The notes under the pieces were generated by a model. It searched no databases and was not told the DNA's origin. It saw nothing but the letters and a program-made list of their open reading frames with translations. Shown here piece after piece: positions 1 through 9,519 of a stretch of DNA of 64,000 nt (its first letter is position 1; each line of letters opens with the position of its first letter). Made by a program: the position numbers and the translations under genes. Source of the DNA: Roseateles sp. (GTDB taxonomy: Bacteria > Pseudomonadota > Gammaproteobacteria > Burkholderiales > Burkholderiaceae_C); assembly GCA_039594005.1 (NCBI GenBank), contig JBCNOF010000013.1, positions 61,835 to 125,834 on the forward strand. Direction: 5' to 3'.

Positions 1-39
1 CCCCGAGCCCCTTCCCGGGGCTGTCCTCATTTGTGCGCC

Positions 40-3000
40 ATGCAGCTGTCCTCGATCTCCCCCGGCAAACGCTTCACCCTGCCCCGTCCCACCGGCTCCG
101 CCGACGCGCTGCTGCTGGCCCGCTTCGCGCGTCAGCAGCTGGCCGCGGGTCGCCTCACGCTGGTGGTCACCGCCGAGCCCGGCGACACCCAGCGCCTGGA
201 GGACGAACTCAAGTTCTTCGCGCCCGAGCTGCGCGTGGCCGTCTTCCCCGATTGGGAGACCCTGCCCTACGACAGCTTCAGCCCCCACCAGGACCTGATC
301 TCCGAGCGCCTGGCCACGCTGTGGCGGCTGCTGCAGGGCAACGGCAAGCCCGCATCCGAGCGCGAGCTGGACGTCGTGCTGCTGCCCGCCACGACCGCGC
401 TCACGCGACTGGCGCCGCCGTCCTTCCTCGCGGCCACCACCTTCAACTTCCGCCAGAAGCAGCGCCTGGACGAGGCCGGCCTCAAGCAGCAGCTCACGCT
501 GGGCGGCTACCAGCACGTCAGCCAGGTCGTCTCGCCCGGCGAGTACGCGGTGCGCGGCGGCCTGATCGACCTCTACCCCATGGGCTCGCCCGTGCCCTAC
601 CGCGTGGACCTGTTCGGCGATGAGGTGGACTCGATCCGCGTTTTCGATCCGGACTCGCAGCGCTCGCTGTATCCGGTGCCCGAGGTCCGACTGCTGCCCG
701 GACGCGAGTTCCCGATGGACGAGGCCTCGCGCAAGGCCTTCCGCGCGCGCTGGCGCGAGAAGATGGACGGCGACCCGACCAGGTCCCGCATCTACAAGGA
801 CATCGACACCGGCCTCGCCACCGCGGGCATCGAGTACTACCTGCCGCTGTTCTTCGACGAGGTCGCCAGCGTCTTCGACTACCTGCCCGCCGAGGCCGGT
901 CTCGTGCTGCATGGCGAGGTCGACGAGGCCCTGCAGCGCTTCTGGACCGACACGCGCGAACGCCATCGCTTCCTGCAGCACGACCCGGACCGCCCCATCC
1001 TCCCGCCCGAGGAGATCTTCCTGCGCCCCGAGGATTTCTTCAGCGCGACACACCGCCACGCGGTGCTGTCGGTGCGCGGACAGGAGGCGGTCGACTACGC
1101 GCGCCCGCTGCCCGATGTCAGCGTCGAGCGCGGCGCGCAGGAACCGCTGGCGCGCCTCGCCGCGCACCTGAAGTCCACGCCCTTCCGCGTGCTGCTGCTG
1201 GCCGAGAGCGAGGGCCGCCGCGAGAGCCTGCTCGAGCTGCTGCGCGACAACAGGATCGATCCGCCCTCGGTGAAGGACCTGGCGGAGTTCGAGGCCAACA
1301 AGGACGAGCGCTTCGCGATCACCGCCGCGCCGCTGGCCGCGGGCTTCTTCTGGCATGAGCCCGACGAAGGCCGCCAGATCCAGCTCTTCACCGAGACCGA
1401 GCTCTTCGCCACGACGCCCACCACGCGCCGGCGCCGCAAGCAGGAACAGGTCAGCGACGTCAACGCGCTGATCAAGGACCTGTCCGAGCTGAAGGTCGGC
1501 GATCCGGTCGTGCACACGAACCACGGCATCGGCCGCTACCTGGGGCTGATCAACATCGACCTGGGCGAGGGACCGAGCGAGTTCCTGCATCTCGAGTACG
1601 CCGACAAGGCCACGCTCTACGTGCCGGTCGCGCAGCTGCACCTGATCAGCCGCTACACCGGCGTGAGCGCCGAGGAGGCGCCGCTGCACAAGCTGGGCTC
1701 GGGCCAGTGGGACAAGGCCAAACGGAAGGCGGCCGAGCAGGTGCGCGACACCGCCGCCGAACTGCTCAACCTCTACGCCCGCCGCGCCGCGCGCGAGGGC
1801 CACGCGTTCCGCTACTCGCCGCATGACTACGAGGCCTTCGCCGCGAGCTTCGGCTTCGAGGAGACGCCCGACCAGCGCGCCGCCATCCACGCCGTCATCC
1901 AGGACATGATCAGCCCCAAGCCGATGGACCGGCTGGTCTGCGGCGACGTGGGCTTCGGCAAGACCGAGGTCGCGCTGCGCGCCGCCTTCGTCGCGGTCAT
2001 GGGCGGCAAGCAGGTCGCGTTGCTCGCCCCGACCACGCTGCTCGCCGAGCAGCATTACCAGAACATCGCCGACCGCTTCGGCAAGTGGCCGGTGAAGGTC
2101 GCCGAGATGAGCCGCTTCCGCTCCGCCAAGGAGATCAAGGCGGCCATGGAGGGCCTGGCCGACGGCTCCATCGACATCGTCATCGGCACGCACAAGCTGC
2201 TCTCGGCCGACGTCAAGTTCAAGCGGCTGGGCCTGCTCGTCATCGACGAGGAACACCGCTTCGGCGTGCGCCACAAGGAGGCGATGAAGGCCATGCGCGC
2301 CGAGGTCGACGTGCTCACGCTGACCGCCACGCCGATCCCGCGCACGCTGGGCATGGCGCTGGAGGGACTGCGCGACCTGAGCGTCATCGCCACCGCGCCC
2401 CAGCGGCGCCTGGCGATCAAGACCTTCGTGCGCGGCGAGACCAGCGGCACCATCCGCGAGGCCGTGCTGCGCGAGCTCAAGCGCGGCGGGCAGGTCTACT
2501 TCCTGCACAACGAGGTCGAGACCATCGAGAACCGGCGCATGAAGCTCGAGGAGCTGCTGCCCGAGGCGCGCATCGTCGTGGCCCACGGCCAGATGCCCGA
2601 GCGCGAGCTGGAACGCGTGATGCGCGAGTTCGTCGGCGGCAAGCACAACCTGCTGCTGTGCTCCACGATCATCGAGACCGGCATCGACGTGCCCAGCGCC
2701 AACACCATCGTCATCAGCCGCGCCGACAAGTTCGGCCTGGCCCAGCTGCACCAGCTGCGCGGACGTGTCGGGCGATCGCATCACCAGGCCTATGCCTACC
2801 TGATGGTCCCGGACGTCGAGGGCCTGACCAAGCAGGCCGCGCAGCGCCTGGATGCGATCCAGGCGATGGAGGAACTCGGATCGGGCTTCTACCTGGCGAT
2901 GCACGACCTGGAGATCCGCGGCGCCGGCGAGGTGCTGGGCGAGCACCAGAGCGGCAACATGATGGAGGTCGGCTTCCAGCTCTACAACGAGATGCTGTCC

Positions 3001-3507
3001 GAGGCGGTGCGCTCGCTGAAGGCCGGCCGCGAGCCGGACCTGCTGAGCCCGCTGTCGGCCACCACCGAGATCAACCTGCACGCGCCCGCGCTGCTCCCCG
3101 ACGCGTACTGCGGCGACGTGCATCAGCGGCTGTCGCTGTACAAGCGGCTGGCCACGGCGGACCGCGCGGAGCAGATCGACGCGATGCTCGAGGAGATCAC
3201 CGACCGCTTCGGCAAACTGCCCGCGCAGGGACAGACGCTGTTCGACACGCACCGGCTGCGCGTGCTGGCCAAGCCGTATGGCGTGACGAAGATCGACGCG
3301 GCACCCTCGGTGATCAACATCAACTTCCGGCCCAATCCGCCGATCGACGCGATGCGCGTGATCGAGCTGGTGCAGAAGAACCGCAACATCAAGCTCGTCG
3401 GCAACGAGAAGCTGCGCATCGACAAGGCGCTCACCGATCCCAAGGATCGCGCGCAGGCGGTGCGGGAAGTGCTGCGGCTGCTGGGCGCGCCGGTCAAGCA
3501 GGCATGA
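40..3507 (+). CDS. mfd: Transcription-repair coupling factor Mfd
   Basis: ~1155 aa. UvrB-like N-terminus (FPDWETLPYDSFSPH), CarD/RID region, helicase motifs GDVGFGKT and DEEH, TRCF C-terminus. ATG at 40 preferred over GTG at 31. Confidence 0.98.
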   Translation: MQLSSISPGKRFTLPRPTGSADALLLARFARQQLAAGRLTLVVTAEPGDTQRLEDELKFFAPELRVAVFPDWETLPYDSFSPHQDLISERLATLWRLLQGNGKPASERELDVVLLPATTALTRLAPPSFLAATTFNFRQKQRLDEAGLKQQLTLGGYQHVSQVVSPGEYAVRGGLIDLYPMGSPVPYRVDLFGDEVDSIRVFDPDSQRSLYPVPEVRLLPGREFPMDEASRKAFRARWREKMDGDPTRSRIYKDIDTGLATAGIEYYLPLFFDEVASVFDYLPAEAGLVLHGEVDEALQRFWTDTRERHRFLQHDPDRPILPPEEIFLRPEDFFSATHRHAVLSVRGQEAVDYARPLPDVSVERGAQEPLARLAAHLKSTPFRVLLLAESEGRRESLLELLRDNRIDPPSVKDLAEFEANKDERFAITAAPLAAGFFWHEPDEGRQIQLFTETELFATTPTTRRRRKQEQVSDVNALIKDLSELKVGDPVVHTNHGIGRYLGLINIDLGEGPSEFLHLEYADKATLYVPVAQLHLISRYTGVSAEEAPLHKLGSGQWDKAKRKAAEQVRDTAAELLNLYARRAAREGHAFRYSPHDYEAFAASFGFEETPDQRAAIHAVIQDMISPKPMDRLVCGDVGFGKTEVALRAAFVAVMGGKQVALLAPTTLLAEQHYQNIADRFGKWPVKVAEMSRFRSAKEIKAAMEGLADGSIDIVIGTHKLLSADVKFKRLGLLVIDEEHRFGVRHKEAMKAMRAEVDVLTLTATPIPRTLGMALEGLRDLSVIATAPQRRLAIKTFVRGETSGTIREAVLRELKRGGQVYFLHNEVETIENRRMKLEELLPEARIVVAHGQMPERELERVMREFVGGKHNLLLCSTIIETGIDVPSANTIVISRADKFGLAQLHQLRGRVGRSHHQAYAYLMVPDVEGLTKQAAQRLDAIQAMEELGSGFYLAMHDLEIRGAGEVLGEHQSGNMMEVGFQLYNEMLSEAVRSLKAGREPDLLSPLSATTEINLHAPALLPDAYCGDVHQRLSLYKRLATADRAEQIDAMLEEITDRFGKLPAQGQTLFDTHRLRVLAKPYGVTKIDAAPSVININFRPNPPIDAMRVIELVQKNRNIKLVGNEKLRIDKALTDPKDRAQAVREVLRLLGAPVKQA

Positions 3508-3523
3508 GGCAGGCGTGAGCCCG

Positions 3524-3573
3524 CTGACTCGAACTGCTGGAAGACGACACGCACGTCGACCAGTTCGGGTCAG
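3524..3573. other. Long intergenic inverted repeat / hairpin after mfd
   Basis: CTGACTCGAACTG (3524-3536) pairs with CAGTTCGGGTCAG (3561-3573) with one G-U; the 24-nt spacer holds a small GACG/CGTC stem. No U-tract. Confidence 0.5.
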
Positions 3574-3629
3574 TGCGTCCTGGTCGCTCGATTCCTAGAC
3601 TGACGGCTGCTCAACTTCGGGAGAAGCCG

Positions 3630-4076
3630 ATGCATCAACACCTGCCCACTTCAAGGACGTCAAGGACGTCAACGCCATCAAGGACGGACCCACCCGTCGA
3701 ATCGATGGCTGCGCGCCTCGCCAGGGAACAAGCGGAAGACGATGCCTGGGAGGCCGCGCGCGATGCCGAGATCGCGGGCAAGTACCGCGGGCGCGAATAT
3801 GCCAGGACCTGCCTGGCCTGCCCGCACCTGCCGCCGGACGACCGCGTCAATGATCCCGACCCCTTCGTCCGCACGCTCTGCGAGAGCAAGCGGTATCAGC
3901 GCGTCATGGTCCATGCCCGCGAGGGTTGCGGGAGCTGCCCGTATCTGCCGGAGAACTACGGCAAGCCCGTGCGAGGTCGCGTGGGTGGCCTGGACGATTG
4001 GGGGGACGGTCCTGAAGAGGATCTCATCCGCCGCGCGCGCTACGAAGCCTGGGAGGCGCATCATGCCGCTTGCTGA
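3630..4076 (+). CDS. Hypothetical Cys-rich protein (two CxxCPxLP motifs); candidate antitoxin/partner of downstream PIN toxin
   Basis: 148 aa from ATG 3630 with upstream GGAGAAG. Motifs CLACPHLP and CGSCPYLP. Stop overlaps the PIN start by 14 nt. Confidence 0.6.
   Translation: MHQHLPTSRTSRTSTPSRTDPPVESMAARLAREQAEDDAWEAARDAEIAGKYRGREYARTCLACPHLPPDDRVNDPDPFVRTLCESKRYQRVMVHAREGCGSCPYLPENYGKPVRGRVGGLDDWGDGPEEDLIRRARYEAWEAHHAAC
3651..3686 (+). repeat. 9-bp tandem repeat TCAAGGACG (4 units, one degenerate)
   Basis: TCAAGGACG TCAAGGACG TCAACGCCA TCAAGGACG read directly; encodes SRT-SRT-STP-SRT. Confidence 0.8.
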
Positions 4077-4644
4077 ACCGCTGTACATGCTCGACACCAA
4101 CATCATGAGCTGCCTCATGGAGCCGCCGGAGAAGGCCCGCCGCCTTTGCTGCCAGGAGCGCCTGGATGCGCTGCGGGGACGGATCGCCATCAGCGTGATC
4201 GTCCATGCGGAGATCTTCGCCGGTCTTGAGAAGAACCCTTCTCCGCGCAAAGAGCGGCGACTGCGCGAACTGATGGAAGACGTTCAGGTCGAATATCTGA
4301 GGCCGGATCTCTGGTTCTCCGATCTCTATGCCTGCATCCTCGCGCGACTCGAGCGCTGTGGCGAACCGCTCGAGCAGTTCGACGTCGCCATCGCCGCGCA
4401 CGCCATGGCCCTCGGCGCGACCCTGGTCAGCAACGATCGAGGCTTCGAGCGTGTGGAAGGGCTCAAGCTCGAGAACTGGTTGGCGCGGGAAGAAGCTGGC
4501 TCGCGGCCGCAAGTCGGAGTCGCGGAGCCAGTCGCGGCCTACGCATCGCGATGGAGGACGACAGGCTCAGCCGCAGCGCAGGCATCGGCGGTATGGATGT
4601 CTCGTTCACCGGCCGGCGCTTACGCGCCATCTCATGCTCGTTGA
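4063..4644 (+). CDS. PIN-domain (VapC-like) ribonuclease toxin with C-terminal extension
   Basis: YMLDTN, ISVIVHAE, FDVAIAAHA, LVSND..F and LENW match the VapC pattern. True start is ATG 4063 inside track ORF 3742..4644. Confidence 0.9.
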   Translation: MPLAEPLYMLDTNIMSCLMEPPEKARRLCCQERLDALRGRIAISVIVHAEIFAGLEKNPSPRKERRLRELMEDVQVEYLRPDLWFSDLYACILARLERCGEPLEQFDVAIAAHAMALGATLVSNDRGFERVEGLKLENWLAREEAGSRPQVGVAEPVAAYASRWRTTGSAAAQASAVWMSRSPAGAYAPSHAR

Positions 4645-4743
4645 GGCGTGCCTCGGCGAGTACGCTAAGCTCCCGCCCGTCCTCGCCGGCAGATCCAGCT
4701 GATCACCGGCGGGGGGGCCTTCCGCATTCAAGACCGCGCTCGC

Positions 4744-5466
4744 ATGACCTCCTCGTCGACCTCCCTGGCCCCGCTCTCCCCGCTCGTCCTCCAAGGCTTC
4801 ACGCCACCGCTGGCGCTGAGCGACTTCAAGCTCGCCGCCTTCGACATGGACTCGACGCTGATCTCGATCGAATGCATCGACGAAATCGCCGCCGCCGCGG
4901 GCCGCAAGGCCGAGGTCGCCGCGATCACCGAGGCGGCCATGCGCGGCGAGATCACCGATTTCAAGGACAGCCTGCGTCGCCGGCTCGCGCTGCTGAAGGG
5001 CGTCGGCGAGGAAGCGCTCGCTGAGGTACTGCGCGAGCGGCTGCGCTTCAACCCCGGCGCGCGCGAGCTGTGCGCCGCGCTCAAGGCGGCCGGCCTGAAG
5101 CTGGTGCTGGTGTCCGGCGGCTTCACCTACTTCACGCGTTTCGTGGCCGCCGAGCTGGGCATGGACTTCGTGCGCAGTAACGAGCTGGAGATCGTCGACG
5201 GCCGGCTCACCGGCGAGCTCGTCATGCAGGACTGGGGCGACATCTGCGACGGCGAGGAGAAGCGCCGCATGATGCTGGCCTGCGCCGAGCGCATCGGCGC
5301 CACGCCGGCCCAGTGCATCGCGGTGGGCGACGGCGCCAACGACCTGCCGATGATGGGTGCGGCAGGCCTGTCCGTGGCGTATCACGCCAAACCCAAGGTC
5401 CGCGAGCAGGCGATGATCGCGATCAATGAGGGTGGCCTGGACCGCCTGCTGACGGTGCTCCGCTGA
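4744..5466 (+). CDS. serB: Phosphoserine phosphatase (HAD family)
   Basis: FDMDSTLI motif I, SGGF, GDGANDLPM. Confidence 0.93.
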   Translation: MTSSSTSLAPLSPLVLQGFTPPLALSDFKLAAFDMDSTLISIECIDEIAAAAGRKAEVAAITEAAMRGEITDFKDSLRRRLALLKGVGEEALAEVLRERLRFNPGARELCAALKAAGLKLVLVSGGFTYFTRFVAAELGMDFVRSNELEIVDGRLTGELVMQDWGDICDGEEKRRMMLACAERIGATPAQCIAVGDGANDLPMMGAAGLSVAYHAKPKVREQAMIAINEGGLDRLLTVLR

Positions 5467-5539
5467 ACGTGCTCCGAGGAATCGCGGCTTGAAGCGTCCC
5501 TGAATCCCTGCCATGCTCCCGGGGCACAGGGAGCCAGCG

Positions 5540-7387
5540 ATGCGAGAACAGCACGCGACGAGAACGGACGATCAGGCCGACATCGACCACCTGCAGCGCG
5601 ACGTGCTGGAAGCCGTCGCGCTCGGCCGCCCGCTGGCGGCGGTGATGGACCTGCTGTGCCGGGGCGTGGAGGCCCTGGCCCCCGAGGTGATCTGCTCGGT
5701 ACTCTCGGTCGATGACACCGGCCACGTCCACCCGCTGGCCGCTCCCAGCCTGCCGGCGTCATTCAGCGCCGCGCTCGAGGGTTTCGAGATCGGTCCGCAG
5801 ACCGGTTCCTGCGGCACGGCGGCCTGGCGGCGCGAGCCGGTCGAGGTCACCGACATCGCCAACGATCCGCTGTGGATCGACTTCCGCCCGCTGGCCCAGG
5901 CGCACGGCCTGGCCGCATGCTGGTCCACCCCCATCCTGCTGGGCGCGGACCTGGTCGTCGCCACCTTCGCGCTGTACTACCGCGAGCCGCGCGCCGCCGC
6001 CCCCTTCCACCGCCGCATGGTGCAGGCCTGCACGCAGCTGTGCCAGATCGCGTTCATGCATGACCGGCACCAGCGCGAGATCGAGCGGCTGGCCTACTTC
6101 GACGGCGTCACCGGACTGCCCAATCGCACGCTGCTCGCGGACCGCGCCCGTCAGGCGCTGCTGCTGGCGCAGCGCAGCGAGACGCCGGCCGCGCTGCTGC
6201 TGCTGGACGTCGACCGCTTCAAGACCGTCAACGATTCGCTGGGACACGCGGTCGGCGACCTCGTGCTCAAGCACATCGCCGCCCGGCTGCTGGGCGCGCT
6301 GCGCGACAGCGACACGCTCGCGCGGCTGGGGGGTGACGAGTTCGTCGTCCTGCTGCCGGGCTGCACCGCCGAAGCGGCGATGCGCGTGGCCGACAAGCTG
6401 CGCGCGGTGCTGGAGACGCCCATCCCGCTGGACGGCAGCCACGCGCGCGTGCTCATGACCGCCAGCATCGGCGTGTGCGCCTATCCCAAGGACGGCACCG
6501 ACCTCGATCAGCTGCTCAAGAACGCCGACATCGCGATGTACGAGGCCAAGCGCGCCGGCCGCGACTGCGCGCGCTTCTTTTTGCACGCGATGAACCAGGC
6601 GCTGGACGAGCGCCTGGAGATCGAGGCGGCCTTGCGCCAGGCGCTGTCGCAGCGGCTGCTGCAGCTGCACTTCCAGCCCAAGATCCGGCTCATCGATCGA
6701 CAGCTCGTGGGCGTGGAGGCGCTGCTGCGCTGGCATGACGCCGAGCGGGGCTGGATTCCGCCCGACCGGTTCATCCCGGTCGCCGAGGAAAGCGGGCTGA
6801 TCAACGCACTGGACGCCTGGGTGCTGGACCAGGCCTGTGCCCAGCTCGCGCGTTGGCGCGCGCAGGGCGTGCCCGTGCCGGGCCTGTCCGTCAACGTCTC
6901 GCCGCAACGATTCCACCAGGACGACGTCGCCGCCCACGCGCGCGCGCTGTTGGCCCGGCACGGCCTGGCGGCCAGCGACCTGACGCTGGAAGTCACCGAG
7001 CGGCTGATGCTCGACGACACCAGCCGTCCTCGCGAGCAGTTGCAGCAGCTGCACGAGATGGGCGTCGGGGTGTCGGTCGACGATTTCGGCACGGGCTACT
7101 CCAGCCTGAGCTATCTGAAGCGGCTGCCGGTGACGGAGCTCAAGCTGGACAAGAGCTTCGTGCGCGACCTGGAGCACGACGCGGAGGATCGCGCGTTGTC
7201 GAGCGCGGTGATCGGGATCGGGCGCTCGCTGGGCATGACGGTCGTGGCCGAGGGCGTGGAGACCGAAGGGCAACGCGACATCCTGCTGAACATGGGCTGC
7301 GACGCGGCGCAGGGCTGGCTCTTCGGCAAGCCGATGGCGCCCGACGGGCTGGTCGGGTGGTGGTCCGACCTCGGCGCATCGGCATGA
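5540..7387 (+). CDS. GAF-GGDEF-EAL diguanylate cyclase/phosphodiesterase
   Basis: GAF (GSCGTAAWRREPV), GGDEF intact (RLGGDEF), EAL intact (GVEALLRW, DDFGTGYSSL). Confidence 0.95.
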   Translation: MREQHATRTDDQADIDHLQRDVLEAVALGRPLAAVMDLLCRGVEALAPEVICSVLSVDDTGHVHPLAAPSLPASFSAALEGFEIGPQTGSCGTAAWRREPVEVTDIANDPLWIDFRPLAQAHGLAACWSTPILLGADLVVATFALYYREPRAAAPFHRRMVQACTQLCQIAFMHDRHQREIERLAYFDGVTGLPNRTLLADRARQALLLAQRSETPAALLLLDVDRFKTVNDSLGHAVGDLVLKHIAARLLGALRDSDTLARLGGDEFVVLLPGCTAEAAMRVADKLRAVLETPIPLDGSHARVLMTASIGVCAYPKDGTDLDQLLKNADIAMYEAKRAGRDCARFFLHAMNQALDERLEIEAALRQALSQRLLQLHFQPKIRLIDRQLVGVEALLRWHDAERGWIPPDRFIPVAEESGLINALDAWVLDQACAQLARWRAQGVPVPGLSVNVSPQRFHQDDVAAHARALLARHGLAASDLTLEVTERLMLDDTSRPREQLQQLHEMGVGVSVDDFGTGYSSLSYLKRLPVTELKLDKSFVRDLEHDAEDRALSSAVIGIGRSLGMTVVAEGVETEGQRDILLNMGCDAAQGWLFGKPMAPDGLVGWWSDLGASA

Positions 7388-7425
7388 CACCGCGGCAGGG
7401 CGGCGTGCGCGTCGCCTGACAAGCT

Positions 7426-7453
7426 GGAACGCTCTGGCATCGGGTCCGACTCA
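7426..7453 (+). promoter_or_regulatory. Possible ECF/HrpL-like promoter box
   Basis: GGAACG-N15-CGACTCA; two mismatches to the hrp box GGAACC-N15/16-CCACNNA; ~30 bp upstream of the 7480 ORF. Confidence 0.25.
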
Positions 7454-7479
7454 CCGGCCCGTCACTCTCACCTTGCCCC

Positions 7480-8676
7480 TTGCGCTCCATGCAGTCAGTG
7501 TCCCTTCTGCCCGTTTCCATGTCCGTTTCCATGGCCCACGCCGAGTCATCGACCACGGCGGACACCGCCCACGACGATGCGTCGAGCGGCGCGCACGCGT
7601 CGATGGCCAGGGGGGCGCCGTTCATCGACGCGCCACCGCGCTTCCAGCGGCTGCCCGCGCCACCCGCGGTGAGGATCCTGCGCATGCCGCGGCTGGACTT
7701 GCCGGCGCGGATGGCGGCCGACCTGCAGCGGCAAGCCTCCACGTCGTCCGACTCTTCCGGTTATCAATCGACGGAAGGCTCGGACTCGCCTGCGCCTCGG
7801 CGCGAAGCCCGGCCCGATCCCGCGCCGCCGGCCCCCTCCCGGATCCGGACGAATCCCTGGCGCCGTCCGCAGGCGCCGCGGGTGCCCGAACGGGCTGCCC
7901 AGGCTTCCTCTCCGCCCCCCTCCCGACAGGCCTTGGCGGCTCACGCCTTGGACCGATCCATGGCCGCCTGGCAACAACACGTTGACGCTCGACCGGACTC
8001 GTTGTGTGCCAGCAATTTCGGCGGGGATGCCGCGGCGGTCGTGGACGGCCTCTTCCGATGGTCACTTGGCGGCGCGTCGGGGGGGCTGCCGGTGGACCGT
8101 GGCCATCACCGTCTTGGGGTGTCGCTGGCCTTGCTGACGGCGGAAGGCCGCCACCCGGCTCGTAGCGTCAAGGTGCAGGACGGGGGCGTCGACCCGTGCG
8201 CCCAACCTCTCGAATTGCCGCCTCGCGAGTTGCTCCAGCGCAGCCGCGTCGCCAGGGACGGACTGTCCGTGGTGTTGTGCCTCGACCAGGATCGCGTGCA
8301 CGACGCCGCGTCATTCGCCGACAGCCTCAAGGCTTTCGCCCATACGACGATCGCCGTGGGCGCCACGTTTCAAGGCAGCCTGCCGCATGGCTGCGCCACG
8401 GCCCATGTGCATCGGCTCGATCTGACACGCCTGGTGGACGGTGGCACCGACCTGCGGCGCGACATCGCGACCTTCGGTCAGGCGCTGCGCCAGATGCCGC
8501 ACTTGCGCCGGGTCCGCGCGCCCGAAAGCTGGAGTGGCGACACGCAGTTTCGCGCGGCCTGCAAGCGGGCCCAGGTCGACATCGACTGGGTCTCCTCCGA
8601 CAACCTGGTCGTCGGCAAGACCCGACACTCGCCGCTGTCGCGGCTGGGTCGATGGCTGGGGACGCGCCTGCCTTGA
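7480..8676 (+). CDS. Hypothetical protein with Ser/Pro-rich disordered N-terminus (effector-like)
   Basis: 398-aa ORF fills the gap between the EAL gene and rraA. No recognisable family. Start may be 7489. Confidence 0.6.
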   Translation: MRSMQSVSLLPVSMSVSMAHAESSTTADTAHDDASSGAHASMARGAPFIDAPPRFQRLPAPPAVRILRMPRLDLPARMAADLQRQASTSSDSSGYQSTEGSDSPAPRREARPDPAPPAPSRIRTNPWRRPQAPRVPERAAQASSPPPSRQALAAHALDRSMAAWQQHVDARPDSLCASNFGGDAAAVVDGLFRWSLGGASGGLPVDRGHHRLGVSLALLTAEGRHPARSVKVQDGGVDPCAQPLELPPRELLQRSRVARDGLSVVLCLDQDRVHDAASFADSLKAFAHTTIAVGATFQGSLPHGCATAHVHRLDLTRLVDGGTDLRRDIATFGQALRQMPHLRRVRAPESWSGDTQFRAACKRAQVDIDWVSSDNLVVGKTRHSPLSRLGRWLGTRLP

Positions 8677-8702
8677 CCGGCCCTGGCGGACCGCCGCGGG
8701 CC

Positions 8703-9239
8703 TCAGCCCGCCGCGTGCACCGGCTGCGGTGTGATCACCACGCCGTCCTCATCGGCGTAAAGCCAATCGCCGGGGCGGACCCAGACGCCCTCCAGTTGCA
8801 CCGGCACGTCGGCCAGGCCTTGCTCGCGCCGCTCGGTGGGCATGGGGACATGCCCCAGCGCCAGGATCCCGAGCTCGCTCCCGCGCAATTCGGCGAGGTC
8901 CCGGACGGCGCCGTGAATCAGCACGCCGGCCCAGCCGTTCTTCGCGGCGCTCGCCGCGAGGTTGCCACCCAGCAGCGATCGCCGCAGCGAGCCGCCACCA
9001 TCGACGACCAGCACGCGCCCGGCGCCGAAGCTCTCCACCGCGGCCTTGACCTGGGTGTTGTCCTCCAGGCACCGCACCGTGGCCACGGGGCCGGCGAAAC
9101 GCGCATGCGCGCCATAACTGCGATACAGGCTGCCTGGCAACCAGCGGGTGGTACCGCTGCTGTCGGCCTTGAGCGAGTCGCACAGATCGCAGGTCGAGAA
9201 ACGGATCGCGGCGCGGGTCGAAGCGCTGGGACTGGTCAT
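8703..9239 (-). CDS. rraA: RraA-family protein (HMG aldolase / RNase E regulator-like)
   Basis: STCDLCD, EDN..VK, VLVVDGGGS, LGGNLA, GAVRD motifs. Start trimmed to MTSPS at 9239. Confidence 0.88.
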   Translation of the reverse strand: MTSPSASTRAAIRFSTCDLCDSLKADSSGTTRWLPGSLYRSYGAHARFAGPVATVRCLEDNTQVKAAVESFGAGRVLVVDGGGSLRRSLLGGNLAASAAKNGWAGVLIHGAVRDLAELRGSELGILALGHVPMPTERREQGLADVPVQLEGVWVRPGDWLYADEDGVVITPQPVHAAG

Positions 9240-9243
9240 GGGA

Positions 9244-9519
9244 TCACTCCTGGACAGGGGGCAACACCTCGATGCGCTCGCCGTTGAACTCCACCACCTG
9301 GCCGGCGCGGATCTTGGCGGTCTTGCGCAGGTCGACCTGCCCATCCACGCGCACCTGGCCCTCGGAGATGAAGTGCCGGGCCTCGCCGCCGCTGCCCACC
9401 AGCGCCGTGGCCTTGAGCAGCTTGTCGAGTTCGATGAAGTCGCCGCGCAGGGCGAAAGGAATGGGAGATGCGGACATGCGCGGATTGTCCGTCACGATGT
9501 CTGTCATGTGTCCTGTCAC
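9244..9519 (-). CDS. S4-domain RNA-binding protein (YbcJ-like)
   Basis: FIELDKLLKATALVGSGGEAR..I.EGQVRVDGQVDLRKTAKIRAG pattern. Confidence 0.9.
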   Translation of the reverse strand: MTGHMTDIVTDNPRMSASPIPFALRGDFIELDKLLKATALVGSGGEARHFISEGQVRVDGQVDLRKTAKIRAGQVVEFNGERIEVLPPVQE

